From the NCBI GenBank assembly GCA_035352895.1, contig DAOPYN010000007.1:44656-108655 (forward strand): a stretch of 64,000 bases of DNA, written 5' to 3'. Under the pieces are notes generated by a model that saw nothing but the letters and a program-made list of their open reading frames with translations, made no database searches and was not told the DNA's origin. Positions 9,505 through 19,266 of the stretch are shown here, piece by piece (within the stretch, counting starts at the first letter, position 1; every line of letters starts with the position of its first letter). This stretch comes from Fibrobacteria bacterium. Its GTDB lineage: Bacteria > Fibrobacterota > Fibrobacteria > UBA5070. The translations under genes and the position numbers were made by a program.

Positions 9505-10569
9505 ATGTACCTATGCGCAATGGATCCGAACCTGAACCGCTGGATGGAAGAAACCTTCGCCCTGGCCCTGGCCGCCCGCGGAACCACCCTCCCCAATCCC
9601 GCCGTCGGGTGCATCGTCCTCGACCGGACCGGCAAGCCCTTGGCCAAGGCATCCACGCATCCGGGCGGACGCCCCCATGCCGAACGCGCCGCATTGGAGA
9701 AGGCGGGCGGCAAGGCCCGCGGCGGCACGCTTCTGGCCACGCTGGAGCCCTGCGTCGCCTTTCCCGGCAAGAAGAGCCCTCCCTGCGCCGCGGCCATCAT
9801 CCTTTCCGGAGTGGAGACCGTCGTGGTGGGTGCCCGCGACCCCAACCCCATGGTGGCCGGCAAGGGGATCCACGCGATGCGCAAGGCGGGGATCGAGGTG
9901 ATCGAATCCCCCCTGGAAGGTCGCATCCCGGACTTCTACGCCGGATTTGGACATTTCCTGGCAACGAAGAGACCTCGGACGACCCTGAAGGCCGCCCTTT
10001 CCGCCGACGGCATGGCCACCGCCAAGGCGGGCTCGCGTACCGCCATCACCGGCCCCCAGGCGCGCGCCTTCGTCCATTCCCTGCGGGCGGTCTCCGACCT
10101 GGTCCTGGTGGGCGGCGCCACCGCCCTCGCCGACGATCCGGAACTCACCGTCCGCGACGCTCCCGGAAGATCGCCGCGCCGCGCCGTGCTGTGGCCTCGC
10201 GCTGGCCTGCCCGGACACCTCAAGCTGTTCCAGGCTCCGGGCTGCCTGGCGATCGGCTGCGGTCCACGACCGCAATCCCTGCCCGCCACCGCGCAATGGC
10301 TGGAAGTGCCTTCGGACGGGACACATCCCTCGCTGGCCGCGCTGCTGGACGCCCTGGGTGCCCAAGGGTTCCACGATCTGCTCGTGGAACCCGGACCGAC
10401 CCTCGCCAAGGCGTTCCTGGACACGGGCACCTGGGACAGATTCTGGCTGATCCGCTCCCCCACCTCCCTGGGAGGGGGAGCTGCGTTCGATCTGGCCGGA
10501 ATGCCCGGAGAGGTCCGTTCCACCCTGGCCCTGGGAGGCGACAGGGCGGAACTCCACCTGCGGAGCTAG
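9505..10569 (+). CDS. ribD: Bifunctional riboflavin biosynthesis protein RibD (pyrimidine deaminase / reductase)
   Basis: Deaminase zinc motif HAERAAL ... TLEPC. C-terminal RibD-reductase domain. The start is ambiguous between 9505 and 9520. Confidence 0.85.
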   Translation: MYLCAMDPNLNRWMEETFALALAARGTTLPNPAVGCIVLDRTGKPLAKASTHPGGRPHAERAALEKAGGKARGGTLLATLEPCVAFPGKKSPPCAAAIILSGVETVVVGARDPNPMVAGKGIHAMRKAGIEVIESPLEGRIPDFYAGFGHFLATKRPRTTLKAALSADGMATAKAGSRTAITGPQARAFVHSLRAVSDLVLVGGATALADDPELTVRDAPGRSPRRAVLWPRAGLPGHLKLFQAPGCLAIGCGPRPQSLPATAQWLEVPSDGTHPSLAALLDALGAQGFHDLLVEPGPTLAKAFLDTGTWDRFWLIRSPTSLGGGAAFDLAGMPGEVRSTLALGGDRAELHLRS

Positions 10570-11645
10570 TCGCCGAATCCGATCCCCAATGCCTTGGCGG
10601 ACAAGACCAGCTCGCCGTCGGGGCTCACGCGGCGGCGGCGCCCGATCGCCCGCTGGATGGAGACATCGGCGATCTCGCTTCCGTGGAGGGCCACCATCCG
10701 CCCGTACTGGCCGGCGCGCACCATGCGCACGGCGGCCTCGCCGTAGCGCGTGCACAGGAGCCTGTCGAAGCTGGTGGGCGCTCCTCCCCGCTGGAGATGC
10801 CCCAGCACCACCACCCGAGCCTCCTTGCCGGTGAGTCGGGAGATCTCGTCGGCCACTTTCTGGCCCATCCCGCCCATCTGGACTTCGCGGTCGGCCTCCT
10901 GGCCCTTGATGGACTGCTTCCCACCGCGGGGAGCGGCCCCCTCGGCGACGACGATCAGCGTGAACTTCTTCCCGGCCCGTTCGCGCGCCATCACCTTGTC
11001 GGCGATCGCCTCGAAGGTGAAAGGAATCTCCGGGATCAGGATGACATCCCCGCCGCCGGCGATTCCGGCGTTCAGCGCGATCCAACCCGTGTGGCGACCC
11101 ATCACCTCCAGGATGATCACCCGTCCATGGCTTTCCGCGGTGGTATGCAACCTGTCCAAGGCGTCGGTGGCGCTGTCCACCGCGGTGTCGAATCCGAAGG
11201 TCTGGTCGGTGGCGTCCAGGTCGTTGTCGATGGTCTTGGGAACACCCACCACGTTCATGCCGATCTCTGACAATTGCTGGGCGATCACCAGCGATCCGTC
11301 GCCGCCCACCACGATCAAGGCCCGCAGTCCCAGGCTGTCGTAGTTGGCCTTGGCCTCGCGGAGGATGTCCTGGTCCACTTCGCGGACCTCGCCGTGTCCC
11401 ACCTTGCCGGCGAATCGTCCCTTGTTGGCGGCTCCCAGGATGGTTCCACCCCGGATGAGCATGCCATCCATGCGGTTGTAGTCCAGTTGCACGGGCTCGC
11501 AAGGGGTCAGGAGTCCCTCGAACCCTCCCTTGAATCCAAGCGTCTGGAAGCCGGCGTACTGGCCAGCCTTGACCACCGCACGAATCACAGCATTCAATCC
11601 GGGGCAATCGCCACCGGCGGTCAGGATCCCAATCTTCTCGGTCAT
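10566..11645 (-). CDS. pfkA: 6-phosphofructokinase
   Basis: MTEKIGILTAGGDCPGLNA ... GGDGS ... PKTIDNDL ... MGR motifs. RBS AGGA. The long N-terminal extension in the ORF track is rejected. Confidence 0.9.
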   Translation of the reverse strand: MTEKIGILTAGGDCPGLNAVIRAVVKAGQYAGFQTLGFKGGFEGLLTPCEPVQLDYNRMDGMLIRGGTILGAANKGRFAGKVGHGEVREVDQDILREAKANYDSLGLRALIVVGGDGSLVIAQQLSEIGMNVVGVPKTIDNDLDATDQTFGFDTAVDSATDALDRLHTTAESHGRVIILEVMGRHTGWIALNAGIAGGGDVILIPEIPFTFEAIADKVMARERAGKKFTLIVVAEGAAPRGGKQSIKGQEADREVQMGGMGQKVADEISRLTGKEARVVVLGHLQRGGAPTSFDRLLCTRYGEAAVRMVRAGQYGRMVALHGSEIADVSIQRAIGRRRRVSPDGELVLSAKALGIGFGD

Positions 11646-11745
11646 GTCGTATTCCTGCTTGTTGTTCACGGGTTTTGGGCCAGACGCGAATCTTACCCCT
11701 TGGATCGGATAATAGAGTATTTCCCTTTGCCATCCATGCGAAAGT

Positions 11746-12248
11746 TCCTGGTCCTCTCGTCCTTTGCCTTGATCCTCGGCTGTGGCCCCGTCCGCGAATT
11801 CCTGCGTCCCATCACGCCTCGGGCGTTCCAGGACAGCTTGGCACCGGTGGTGGCCCCCGGCTTCACGCTCCCGGCCAAGGCGGCCAAGGCCCAAGACAGC
11901 CTGCAGGAGCGGTTGCGGTGGATCTCGCGACAGGAACCTCCCCGGGACTTCACGCTCGAACGGATCGCCTTCGAGATCGGGTCGGACTCTTCCGTGGTCC
12001 TGAGCCTGACCTTCCAGGATGGCGAGCGCTTGAACTCGCACGGTCTGACCCGGGAACAGGCAAGGGGACGCATGCAGGAGAGACTGCGCCGCGCCCATCC
12101 GCTGATGGCCCAGGTCCGCGAAGCGGGAATCAGACATCCCGTCCTGCTGAAATCCCGTTTCCGAAGCAAGGATTTCCTGTTCCAGAACGCTCGCTGGGTG
12201 GACGATTCCACCCAGTGGCTCGCGACGGATTCCCTCCCCTCCCCCTGA
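11746..12248 (+). CDS. Hypothetical lipoprotein (167 aa)
   Basis: MRKFLVLSSFALILGCG lipobox. Preceded by a low-GC promoter-like region. Confidence 0.5.
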
Positions 12249-12273
12249 AGGCGGCGAGGGCAGGGAAGGCGTC

Positions 12274-12558
12274 TTACTTCTTGCCTTTGCCCTTGCCCTT
12301 GGGGGCGGGAGCAGCCTTGACCTCGACGCTGGTGGTCACCATGGTGTACTCGATGGTCACCTTGTCGCCGACCTTGACTTCGGGCCCTTGGGAGGCGTCG
12401 CGGGAGATCTCCCACTTTTCCTTGCCCTTCTGGACCACGAAGGCATCCGGACGGACCTCCAGGACCGGGCCGGTGACCTGGTAGGACTTGGCGGTTCCGG
12501 CGAAGGCGGCGGCGGAGAGGAGGGAAACGAGGACGGCCAGGGACGCGAAGGATTTCAT
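12274..12558 (-). CDS. Small secreted protein with Lys/Gly-rich C-terminal tail (94 aa)
   Basis: Signal peptide MKSFASLAVLVSLLSAAAFAG. Ends with KGKGKGKK. Confidence 0.5.
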   Translation of the reverse strand: MKSFASLAVLVSLLSAAAFAGTAKSYQVTGPVLEVRPDAFVVQKGKEKWEISRDASQGPEVKVGDKVTIEYTMVTTSVEVKAAPAPKGKGKGKK

Positions 12559-12745
12559 GGACGATTCCTTGTGACGGATTTTGTGCAGAACCCGGGTTTG
12601 TCCCGGGATAGGGACGCGAAAAACTAGAACTTCCGGCAGCATCCCTGGATCCGAACGAAAACGCCCCGGCTCCCGCGCGGGAACCGAGGCGTCCATATCC
12701 GGAAAGGCCAGGTGATGGCGAACCCGGTCGCCATCGAAATCCGTG

Positions 12746-14209
12746 CTACTTGTACTCCTCCACCAGGATGTCCTTGCGGACGCCGTCCACGGTGAGGGCC
12801 ACGCGGCGGGTCTTGGCGATGTCCGTGGACGTGGAGACGGCGGCGGGCTTGGTCTTGACCTCGGGCTTGGCCGTTCCCTTGTAGACGGCTTCCGTCTGCT
12901 GCGGGAACATGGCGTAGAGCACGGCGGCCTCGTCGGTGGCAGGCAGGCCCTTGGATGCGAGTTCCTTCTTGAGGTCGTCCATCTTGGGAGCCAGAAGGTC
13001 CGCTCCGCGGCATTCGGTCGGCTTCTGTCCGGTCTGCTCGCACACCAGCTTCATGACATCGGCATCGATGGGACCGGGAGTCTTGCCGTACTTGCCCAGG
13101 ACGATGTCCTTGGTGTTCTGGGCGATCATCTTCCAGCGGCCCATCTTCACGTTCATCATGGCCTGGGTGCCCACGATCTGGGAAGTCGGGGTCACCAGCG
13201 GGATCCAGCCCAGGCACTGGCGCACGTAGGTCATCTCGTTCATGACCTCGGGCACCTTGTCGCCCATGCCCTGCTCCTTGAGCTGGTTCAGGAAGTTGGA
13301 CATCATGCCGCCGGGCACCTGGTAGCGCAGGATGCCCACGTCGGTGCGCTCGTTGTCGGGGCTGGTGTAGGCGCCCAGTTCCTGGTACACGCCTTCGAAG
13401 TACTTCTGCAGCTCGAACAAGGCTTCGCGGCTGTACTTGGGAGCGCGGCCGGTGCCGGTCAGCATCTCCTCCATCAGGACGGTGTCGGGTTGTCCGGTGC
13501 CGTTGGCGAACGGCGCGATGGAACAGTCGAGGATGTCGGCGCCGGCTTCCACGGCGGCGTAGTAGGCGGTGTTGGCCAGGCCCGCGGTGTTGTGGCTGTG
13601 CACCGACACGGGCACCTTGACCTTTGCCTTGATGGCCTTCACGAGCTCGAACGCGACGCGGGGCAGCAGCAGTCCCGCCATGTCCTTCACGCAGATCGAC
13701 TCGGCACCCATCTCTTCCAGCTCGACGGCCATCTTCACGAACGAATCGATGGTGTGGACCGGCGAGATCGTGTAGGACAGCGCGCCCTGCGGGTGGCCAC
13801 CGAACTCCTTGGTGGCCTGGATGGCGGTCTTGACGTTGCGGATGTCGTTGAGCGCGTCGAAGATGCGCAGGTTGTTCATGCCCGCGTCGATCGAGCACTT
13901 CACGAAGGCGCGCACGACGTCGTCGGGGAAGGCCTGGTACTGCACGATGTTCTGGCCGCGCAGGAGCATCTGGTGCGGCGTCTTGGGCGAAAGCTTCTTG
14001 AGCGCGCGCAGGCGGTCGAAGGGGTTTTCGGCGAGGTAGCGCAGGCAGGAGTCGATGATGGCTCCTCCCCAGGTCTCCAGGGCGTTGAAGCCCATGTTGT
14101 CGAGCGTTTCCACCACCGGTAGCATCTGGGCGGTCTTCATGCGAGTGGCGGCAAGGGACTGGTGGCCGTCGCGGAGCACGGTTTGGTTGAAGACCACGGA
14201 CTTGGACAT
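12746..14209 (-). CDS. Carboxyltransferase subunit (oxaloacetate decarboxylase alpha / transcarboxylase 5S-like, HMGL-like TIM barrel) lacking a biotinyl domain
   Basis: N-terminus VFNQTVLRDGHQSL and overall match to the OadA/PycB 5S carboxyltransferase. The 487-aa protein ends without an AMKM biotin-attachment motif. Confidence 0.85.
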   Translation of the reverse strand: MSKSVVFNQTVLRDGHQSLAATRMKTAQMLPVVETLDNMGFNALETWGGAIIDSCLRYLAENPFDRLRALKKLSPKTPHQMLLRGQNIVQYQAFPDDVVRAFVKCSIDAGMNNLRIFDALNDIRNVKTAIQATKEFGGHPQGALSYTISPVHTIDSFVKMAVELEEMGAESICVKDMAGLLLPRVAFELVKAIKAKVKVPVSVHSHNTAGLANTAYYAAVEAGADILDCSIAPFANGTGQPDTVLMEEMLTGTGRAPKYSREALFELQKYFEGVYQELGAYTSPDNERTDVGILRYQVPGGMMSNFLNQLKEQGMGDKVPEVMNEMTYVRQCLGWIPLVTPTSQIVGTQAMMNVKMGRWKMIAQNTKDIVLGKYGKTPGPIDADVMKLVCEQTGQKPTECRGADLLAPKMDDLKKELASKGLPATDEAAVLYAMFPQQTEAVYKGTAKPEVKTKPAAVSTSTDIAKTRRVALTVDGVRKDILVEEYK

Positions 14210-14340
14210 TGCGAATCTCCTGGGAACGATCCCGACGGGATCGTGAGTTCGAAGAACGTTTGGGTCTGATTATGGGCTACTGAAATTACCAAAATCGGAG
14301 TTGCTTGTCTAGATCTCGATGCCTCCCCTCTCGGGAACGA

Positions 14341-14362
14341 AAAAGGCCGCCCATCGGGCGGC
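14341..14362 (-). terminator. Rho-independent terminator downstream of the DHOD-like gene
   Basis: GGCCGCCC-gat-GGGCGGCC hairpin, followed on the minus strand by TTTTT. Confidence 0.6.
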
Positions 14363-14395
14363 CTCGGAAACCAGGGAAACAGGGCCGGTTTACGA

Positions 14396-15400
14396 TCAGA
14401 CGAACCGATCGTCCAGCGACGTGAGTGCGCGCATGTACTGCGCCCGCTCGAACGCCGTCGGATCCACGACCTTCTTCTGGCTCATGGAACCGCGCAGCTG
14501 GTCCACCGACTCGTATTCGTGCTCATCCATCCATTCGCCCAATTGCGACAGGATCCGTCCGACAGCGTCGGGTCCGTTCGCCAGCACGGCACTGGCCACC
14601 TGCCCCACCTGGGCTCCGGCGAGCAGCGCCTTGAGCAGGTCGCGTCCGGTTCCCACACCTCCCGAAAGGGCGATCTGGGGCGCCACGCGGCCGGCCAGGA
14701 TGGCCGTCCACCGCAACGGCAGGTTCAGGTCGCTGGAATCGGACAGCTTCGCGGTGCTCTGGACCGAGAGATTCTCCGGATCGAGGTCCGGTTGGAGGAA
14801 CCGGTTGAACAGCACCACTCCCTTGGCACCCGCCGCCCCGATCCTGGAGACCAGGTTCGGGATGGACGAGTAGAAGGGCGAAAGCTTCACCGACACGGGA
14901 ATGCGGACCTTGCCGACCACCTCGGAAACGAGATCCACCACCCGGGCCTCCACCGCCGCCCCATCCACGACAGGATCTGTCGGGACGGAGTAGACGTTGA
15001 GTTCCAACGCGTGGACTCCGGTGTCCTCGATGCGCTTGGCCCATTCGGTCCAGCCGCCCTTGGTGACGCCGTTGATGCTTCCGATCACCGGGACCTCGAC
15101 CGCCTTGCGGATGGCCGCGAGGTGGGCGAGGTAGCGATCGGGCTCCAGGTTGTAGCTCCCCAGGTCGGGGAAGTAGTCCAGCGCCTCCGGATTCACGTTG
15201 GTGGCTCGCGACAGGAAATGGTCGCGCTCGGCCTGCTCGTGGAGGATCTGCTCCTCGAACAGCGAATACACGACCACCGCGCCGATCCCGGCCTCCTCCA
15301 GCTTCGCCACGTTCTCGAGCTTCTTGGAGATCGGAGAGGCAGAGGCCACCAGTGGCGACCTCAGGGACAAACCCAGGTAGGAAGTCGAGATGTTGGCCAT
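14396..15400 (-). CDS. Dihydroorotate dehydrogenase-family (DHOD/DHPD-like) FMN flavoprotein, 334 aa, with no Fe-S domain
   Basis: TIM-barrel DHOD-like motifs: ... VIGSINGVT ... SGGVGTGRD ... Its ATG overlaps the PFOR stop (ATGA). Confidence 0.8.
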   Translation of the reverse strand: MANISTSYLGLSLRSPLVASASPISKKLENVAKLEEAGIGAVVVYSLFEEQILHEQAERDHFLSRATNVNPEALDYFPDLGSYNLEPDRYLAHLAAIRKAVEVPVIGSINGVTKGGWTEWAKRIEDTGVHALELNVYSVPTDPVVDGAAVEARVVDLVSEVVGKVRIPVSVKLSPFYSSIPNLVSRIGAAGAKGVVLFNRFLQPDLDPENLSVQSTAKLSDSSDLNLPLRWTAILAGRVAPQIALSGGVGTGRDLLKALLAGAQVGQVASAVLANGPDAVGRILSQLGEWMDEHEYESVDQLRGSMSQKKVVDPTAFERAQYMRALTSLDDRFV

Positions 15401-18400
15401 CAGGCGGTTTCCTTCTGCCCGGCCAGATGCTTGAGCTGGGCCCACTTGATCGCGATGGACGACTTGGCCTGCGCCAGGAGCATCTCCGCACGCGCCTTGT
15501 CCTGGGCGATCAGCATCTTGTAGCGGGTTTCGTTGTAGATGTACTTCTCCAAGTCCACGGAGGGTTCCTTGGAATCCAGCTGGAACCCGTTCTGGCCGGC
15601 GAGGGCCAGCTCCGGATTGTACCGGTACAGGGGCCAGTGGCCGGTCTGGACCGCGAGCTTCTGCTGCTCGAGGCCCTTCTCGATGGCGAACCCGTGCGCG
15701 ATGCAGTGGCTGTAGGCCAGGATCAGCGAAGGACCGTCGTAGGCCTCGGCTTCCTGCATCACCTTCACGACGTGGGCGTCGTTGGCGCCCATGGCGATGC
15801 GCGCCACGTACACGTAGCCGTAGGCCATGGCGATCATCCCCATGTCCTTCTTGGGGAAGCCCTTGCCGTTGGCGGCGAACTTCGCCACCGCTCCCGTGGG
15901 CGTGGACTTTGAGGCCTGCCCGCCGGTGTTGGAGTACACCTCGGTGTCCAGCACCAAGACGTTGACGTTGCGACCGGTGGACAGGACGTGGTCCAGACCG
16001 CCGTAGCCGATGTCGTAGGCCCAGCCGTCGCCGCCGAAGATCCACACCGAACGACGCACGAGGACATCGGCGAGTTGGCGCAGGTCCTTGGCCGCGGGGG
16101 AATTGTCGGAGGCGATCTTCTCCTTCAGGATCGCGACGCGCTTGCGCTGCTCGGCGAGGCCGGCTTCGGTCTTCTGGTCGGCCGTGAGCAGGGCCGTGAC
16201 GAGCTGGTCGCCCAGGACGTCGGAGAATTTCTTCACCAGTTCCTTGGCGTATTCCTCCTGCTTGTCCAGCGACAGGCGCATGCCCAGACCGAACTCGGCA
16301 TTGTCCTCGAAGAGGGAATTGGACCAGGCGGGTCCGCGTCCGGCCGCGTTCTTTGTGTAGGGAGTCGTGGGCAGGTTGCCGCCGTAGATCGAGCTGCAAC
16401 CGGTGGCGTTGGCGACGTGCATGCGGTCGCCGAACATCTGGGTGACGAGCTTGATGTAGGGAGTCTCGCCGCAGCCCGCGCAGGCGCCGGAGAATTCGAA
16501 GAGCGGCTGGAACAGCTGGCTGTTCTTGACGTTGTTCGGGTTGACCAGCGTGCGGTCCATGTCCGGGATGTCGAGGAAGAAGTTCCAGTTGGCCTTCTCG
16601 CGCTCGAGGATGGGATGCACCGGAGTCATGTTGATGGCGCGACGGGAACTGTCCGACTTGTCGCGGGCCGGACAGGCCTCCACGCACAGCGAGCAGCCCG
16701 TGCAGTCCTCGGGGCTCACCTGGAGGGCGAAGTCGTGGCCCGGGAACTCCTTGAAGAACTTGGCGGGCACGTGCTTGAAGTCGGCGGGCGCCGCGGCCAT
16801 GGCCTCGGGCTTGGCGACCTTCACGCGGATGACGGCGTGCGGGCACACCAGCGCGCACTTGGCGCACTGGATGCAGATGCTGGGATCCCATTCGGGAATC
16901 TCCAGGGCGAAGTTGCGCTTCTCGTAGGCGGTGGTGCCCACCGGATAGGTGCCGTCCACCGGGAGCGCGCTGGTGGGGAGATCGTCGCCGTTGCCGGCGA
17001 TCATGGCGCCGATGACTTCCTGCACGAACTTCGGAGCCGAAGCGGGCACTGGAGCCGGGCGGACGTGGTCGGCGGTGACGGAACCGGGATACGAGACCTC
17101 GAAGAGGTTCGCCAGGGACTGGTCGACGGCGACCCAGTTCTTCTTGACGACTTCTTCGCCCTTCTTGAGGTAGGTCTTCTTGATCGAGTTCTTGATCTGC
17201 GCGATCGCCTCTTCCTTGGGCAGGACGCCGGAGATGGCGAAGAAGCAGGTCTGCATGATCGTGTTGGTGCGATTGCCCATGCCCGTGTGCCGAGCCACAT
17301 GGTAGGCGTCGATCACGTAGAACTTGAGCTTCTTGGAGACGATCTGCTCCTGGACTTCGCGAGGCAGCTTGCCCCAGATCTCGTCCTTGCCGATCGTGGT
17401 GTTCAGCAGGAACACCGCGCCCGGAGCGGCGTACTTGAGCATCTCGACCTTTTCGAGGAAGCTCTCGGCGTGGCAAGCCACGAAGTTCGCGCGCTCGATT
17501 AGGTAGGGAGCCTTGATGGGATTGGGCCCGAAGCGCAGGTGGGAGACCGTGAGGCCGCCCGACTTCTTCGAGTCGTAGAAGAAGTAGCCTTGGGCGTGGT
17601 TGGCCGTCTCCTCGCCGATGATCTTGATGGAGTTCTTGTTGGCGCCGACGGTACCGTCGGAACCGACGCCGTAGAACAGGCAGCGGACGGACTTGGGATC
17701 TTCCGTGTCGAAGGAAGGATCGAAGTCGAGCGACAGGTTCGTGATGTCGTCCTTGATGCCGACCGTGTAGCGCGGCTTGGGGCTTGCGGCCTTGAGGTCG
17801 TCGAAGACGCCCTTGGCCATGGCAGGCGTGAACTCCTTGGAGGACAGGCCGTAGCGTCCACCGACGACGCACTCGAACTTGCGTCCGAGATCGGCGATGG
17901 CGGTGACGACGTCCTGGAACAGGGGCTCGCCGGCGGAACCGGGCTCCTTGGTGCGATCAAGGACGGAGATGCGCTTGACGCTCGAGGGAATGGCTGCGAC
18001 GAAGGCCTTGGCGTCGAAGGGACGGAACAAGCGGACGGCGAGAACGCCGACCTTCTCGCCCTTGGCGTTGAGAGCCTTGGCGGTTTCCTGCAGGGTCTCG
18101 ATGGACGAGCCCATGGCGATGACGACGCGGTCGGCGTCGGCGGGTCCGAAGTATTCGTAGAGCTTGTACGCGCGGCCGGTCATGGCGGCGAACTTGTCCA
18201 TCCACTTCTGGACGGTGCCCGGAACGGCGGTGTAGATGGCGTTGGAGCTCTCGCGTCCCTGGAAGTAGACGTCGGGGTTCTGGGCCGTGCCGCGGATGAA
18301 CGGATTGTTGGGATTGAGGCCGCGGCGGCGGTGTTCGGCCACCAGTTCGGCGGGAACCATGCTGCGCATCTCGTCTTCGGTGAGCGGCAGGATCTTGTTG

Positions 18401-18954
18401 ATCTCGTGCGACGTGCGGAAGCCGTCGAAGAAGTGCACGAACGGAACGCGGGTCTCGAGCGTGGCCGCCTGCGAGATGAGCGCGAAGTCGTGGGCTTCCT
18501 GCACGCTGTTGGAGCAGAGCATCGCCCAGCCGGTCTGGCGCACGGCCATGACGTCCTGGTGATCGCCGTAGATCGAAAGTCCCTGGGCGGCCAACGCGCG
18601 GGCCGACACGTGGAACACCGTCGAGGTGAGCTCGCCGGCGATCTTGTACATGTTCGGGATCATCAGGAGCAGACCCTGCGAACATGTGAAGGTGGTGGTG
18701 AGGGATCCGGTCTGGAGAGAGCCGTGGACGGTGCCTGCAGCGCCACCCTCGGACTGCAGTTCCATGACGAGCGGCACCGTGCCCCAGATGTTCGGCTTGT
18801 TCTGGGCCGACCATTGGTCGGAGAATTCACCCATCGGGGTCGACGGGGTGATCGGGTAGATGGCGATGACCTCGTTTGTCTTGTGCGCCACCATCGCCAC
18901 CGCTTCGGTGGCATCCACGGTCAACATCTTCTTCGAACCGGCTTCGGAGGACAT
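15400..18954 (-). CDS. nifJ: Pyruvate:ferredoxin (flavodoxin) oxidoreductase, homodimeric single-polypeptide type (about 1184 aa)
   Basis: Full-length PFOR architecture with two 4Fe-4S ferredoxin motifs (CIQCAKCALVCPHAV; CTGCSLCVEACP) and the TPP domain (GGDGWAYDIG). Adjacent to the nif cluster. The start was chosen at MSSEAGSKKMLTVDA. Confidence 0.95.
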   Translation of the reverse strand: MSSEAGSKKMLTVDATEAVAMVAHKTNEVIAIYPITPSTPMGEFSDQWSAQNKPNIWGTVPLVMELQSEGGAAGTVHGSLQTGSLTTTFTCSQGLLLMIPNMYKIAGELTSTVFHVSARALAAQGLSIYGDHQDVMAVRQTGWAMLCSNSVQEAHDFALISQAATLETRVPFVHFFDGFRTSHEINKILPLTEDEMRSMVPAELVAEHRRRGLNPNNPFIRGTAQNPDVYFQGRESSNAIYTAVPGTVQKWMDKFAAMTGRAYKLYEYFGPADADRVVIAMGSSIETLQETAKALNAKGEKVGVLAVRLFRPFDAKAFVAAIPSSVKRISVLDRTKEPGSAGEPLFQDVVTAIADLGRKFECVVGGRYGLSSKEFTPAMAKGVFDDLKAASPKPRYTVGIKDDITNLSLDFDPSFDTEDPKSVRCLFYGVGSDGTVGANKNSIKIIGEETANHAQGYFFYDSKKSGGLTVSHLRFGPNPIKAPYLIERANFVACHAESFLEKVEMLKYAAPGAVFLLNTTIGKDEIWGKLPREVQEQIVSKKLKFYVIDAYHVARHTGMGNRTNTIMQTCFFAISGVLPKEEAIAQIKNSIKKTYLKKGEEVVKKNWVAVDQSLANLFEVSYPGSVTADHVRPAPVPASAPKFVQEVIGAMIAGNGDDLPTSALPVDGTYPVGTTAYEKRNFALEIPEWDPSICIQCAKCALVCPHAVIRVKVAKPEAMAAAPADFKHVPAKFFKEFPGHDFALQVSPEDCTGCSLCVEACPARDKSDSSRRAINMTPVHPILEREKANWNFFLDIPDMDRTLVNPNNVKNSQLFQPLFEFSGACAGCGETPYIKLVTQMFGDRMHVANATGCSSIYGGNLPTTPYTKNAAGRGPAWSNSLFEDNAEFGLGMRLSLDKQEEYAKELVKKFSDVLGDQLVTALLTADQKTEAGLAEQRKRVAILKEKIASDNSPAAKDLRQLADVLVRRSVWIFGGDGWAYDIGYGGLDHVLSTGRNVNVLVLDTEVYSNTGGQASKSTPTGAVAKFAANGKGFPKKDMGMIAMAYGYVYVARIAMGANDAHVVKVMQEAEAYDGPSLILAYSHCIAHGFAIEKGLEQQKLAVQTGHWPLYRYNPELALAGQNGFQLDSKEPSVDLEKYIYNETRYKMLIAQDKARAEMLLAQAKSSIAIKWAQLKHLAGQKETA

Positions 18955-19179
18955 TCCAGTGTTTCCTTTCCAATGATCTGGTAGACGAGAGAGGTGTTCA
19001 AATCTAAGATCCCGGAGTCCAAAATACAGGGAATTCAGACAAGCGGATCCCTTAGGCGCAATTGTGGATCCCTTGGTGGGGAAACGGAAACCCCAGACAT
19101 TTGTTGCGCAAGTGGCTGATCTGTCTCCAATTGTCAACCCCGCCACATGGACACCCTACTCTTGGCGGGTAATCAAGGT

Positions 19180-19195
19180 CGGCACACCCCTTGCC
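19180..19195 (+). promoter_or_regulatory. Candidate sigma-54 promoter for nifV (cGGCAC-N5-TTGCc)
   Basis: GG-N10-GC spacing is correct and lies about 70 nt upstream of the nifV ATG. A TGT-N10-ACA at 19132-19147 sits only about 37 bp upstream, which is atypically close for a NifA site. Confidence 0.4.
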
Positions 19196-19266
19196 ATCCA
19201 TGGAACGAGGGAGAATTCCCGAGGAAGGGTCGCCCTGAACCGACCACACCGACCAGGAGGATGGGC

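Noticed and set aside
9282-11733. ORFs of 662 aa (plus) and 740 aa (minus) across ribD and pfkA
   Set aside because: Shadow frames with Arg/Gly/Pro-rich translations. ribD and pfkA motifs are found only in the called frames.
12624-14122. 424-aa minus-strand and 459-aa plus-strand ORFs over the carboxyltransferase gene
   Set aside because: Out-of-frame or antisense to the motif-bearing 12746-14209 frame.
14396-17872. 1158-aa minus-strand ORF spanning the DHOD-like gene and much of the PFOR gene
   Set aside because: Only its last 334 codons are a real gene (the DHOD-like protein). Upstream it is an out-of-frame Arg/Pro-rich shadow of the PFOR coding frame (15400-18954).
15988-18984. Plus-strand ORFs of 504 aa and 481 aa
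   Set aside because: Antisense to PFOR, with low-complexity translations.
19132-19147. TGT-N10-ACA motif upstream of the nifV promoter, considered as a NifA UAS
   Set aside because: Only about 37 bp upstream of the -24 element, much closer than typical NifA sites at 80-150 bp. Kept only as a note within the promoter feature.
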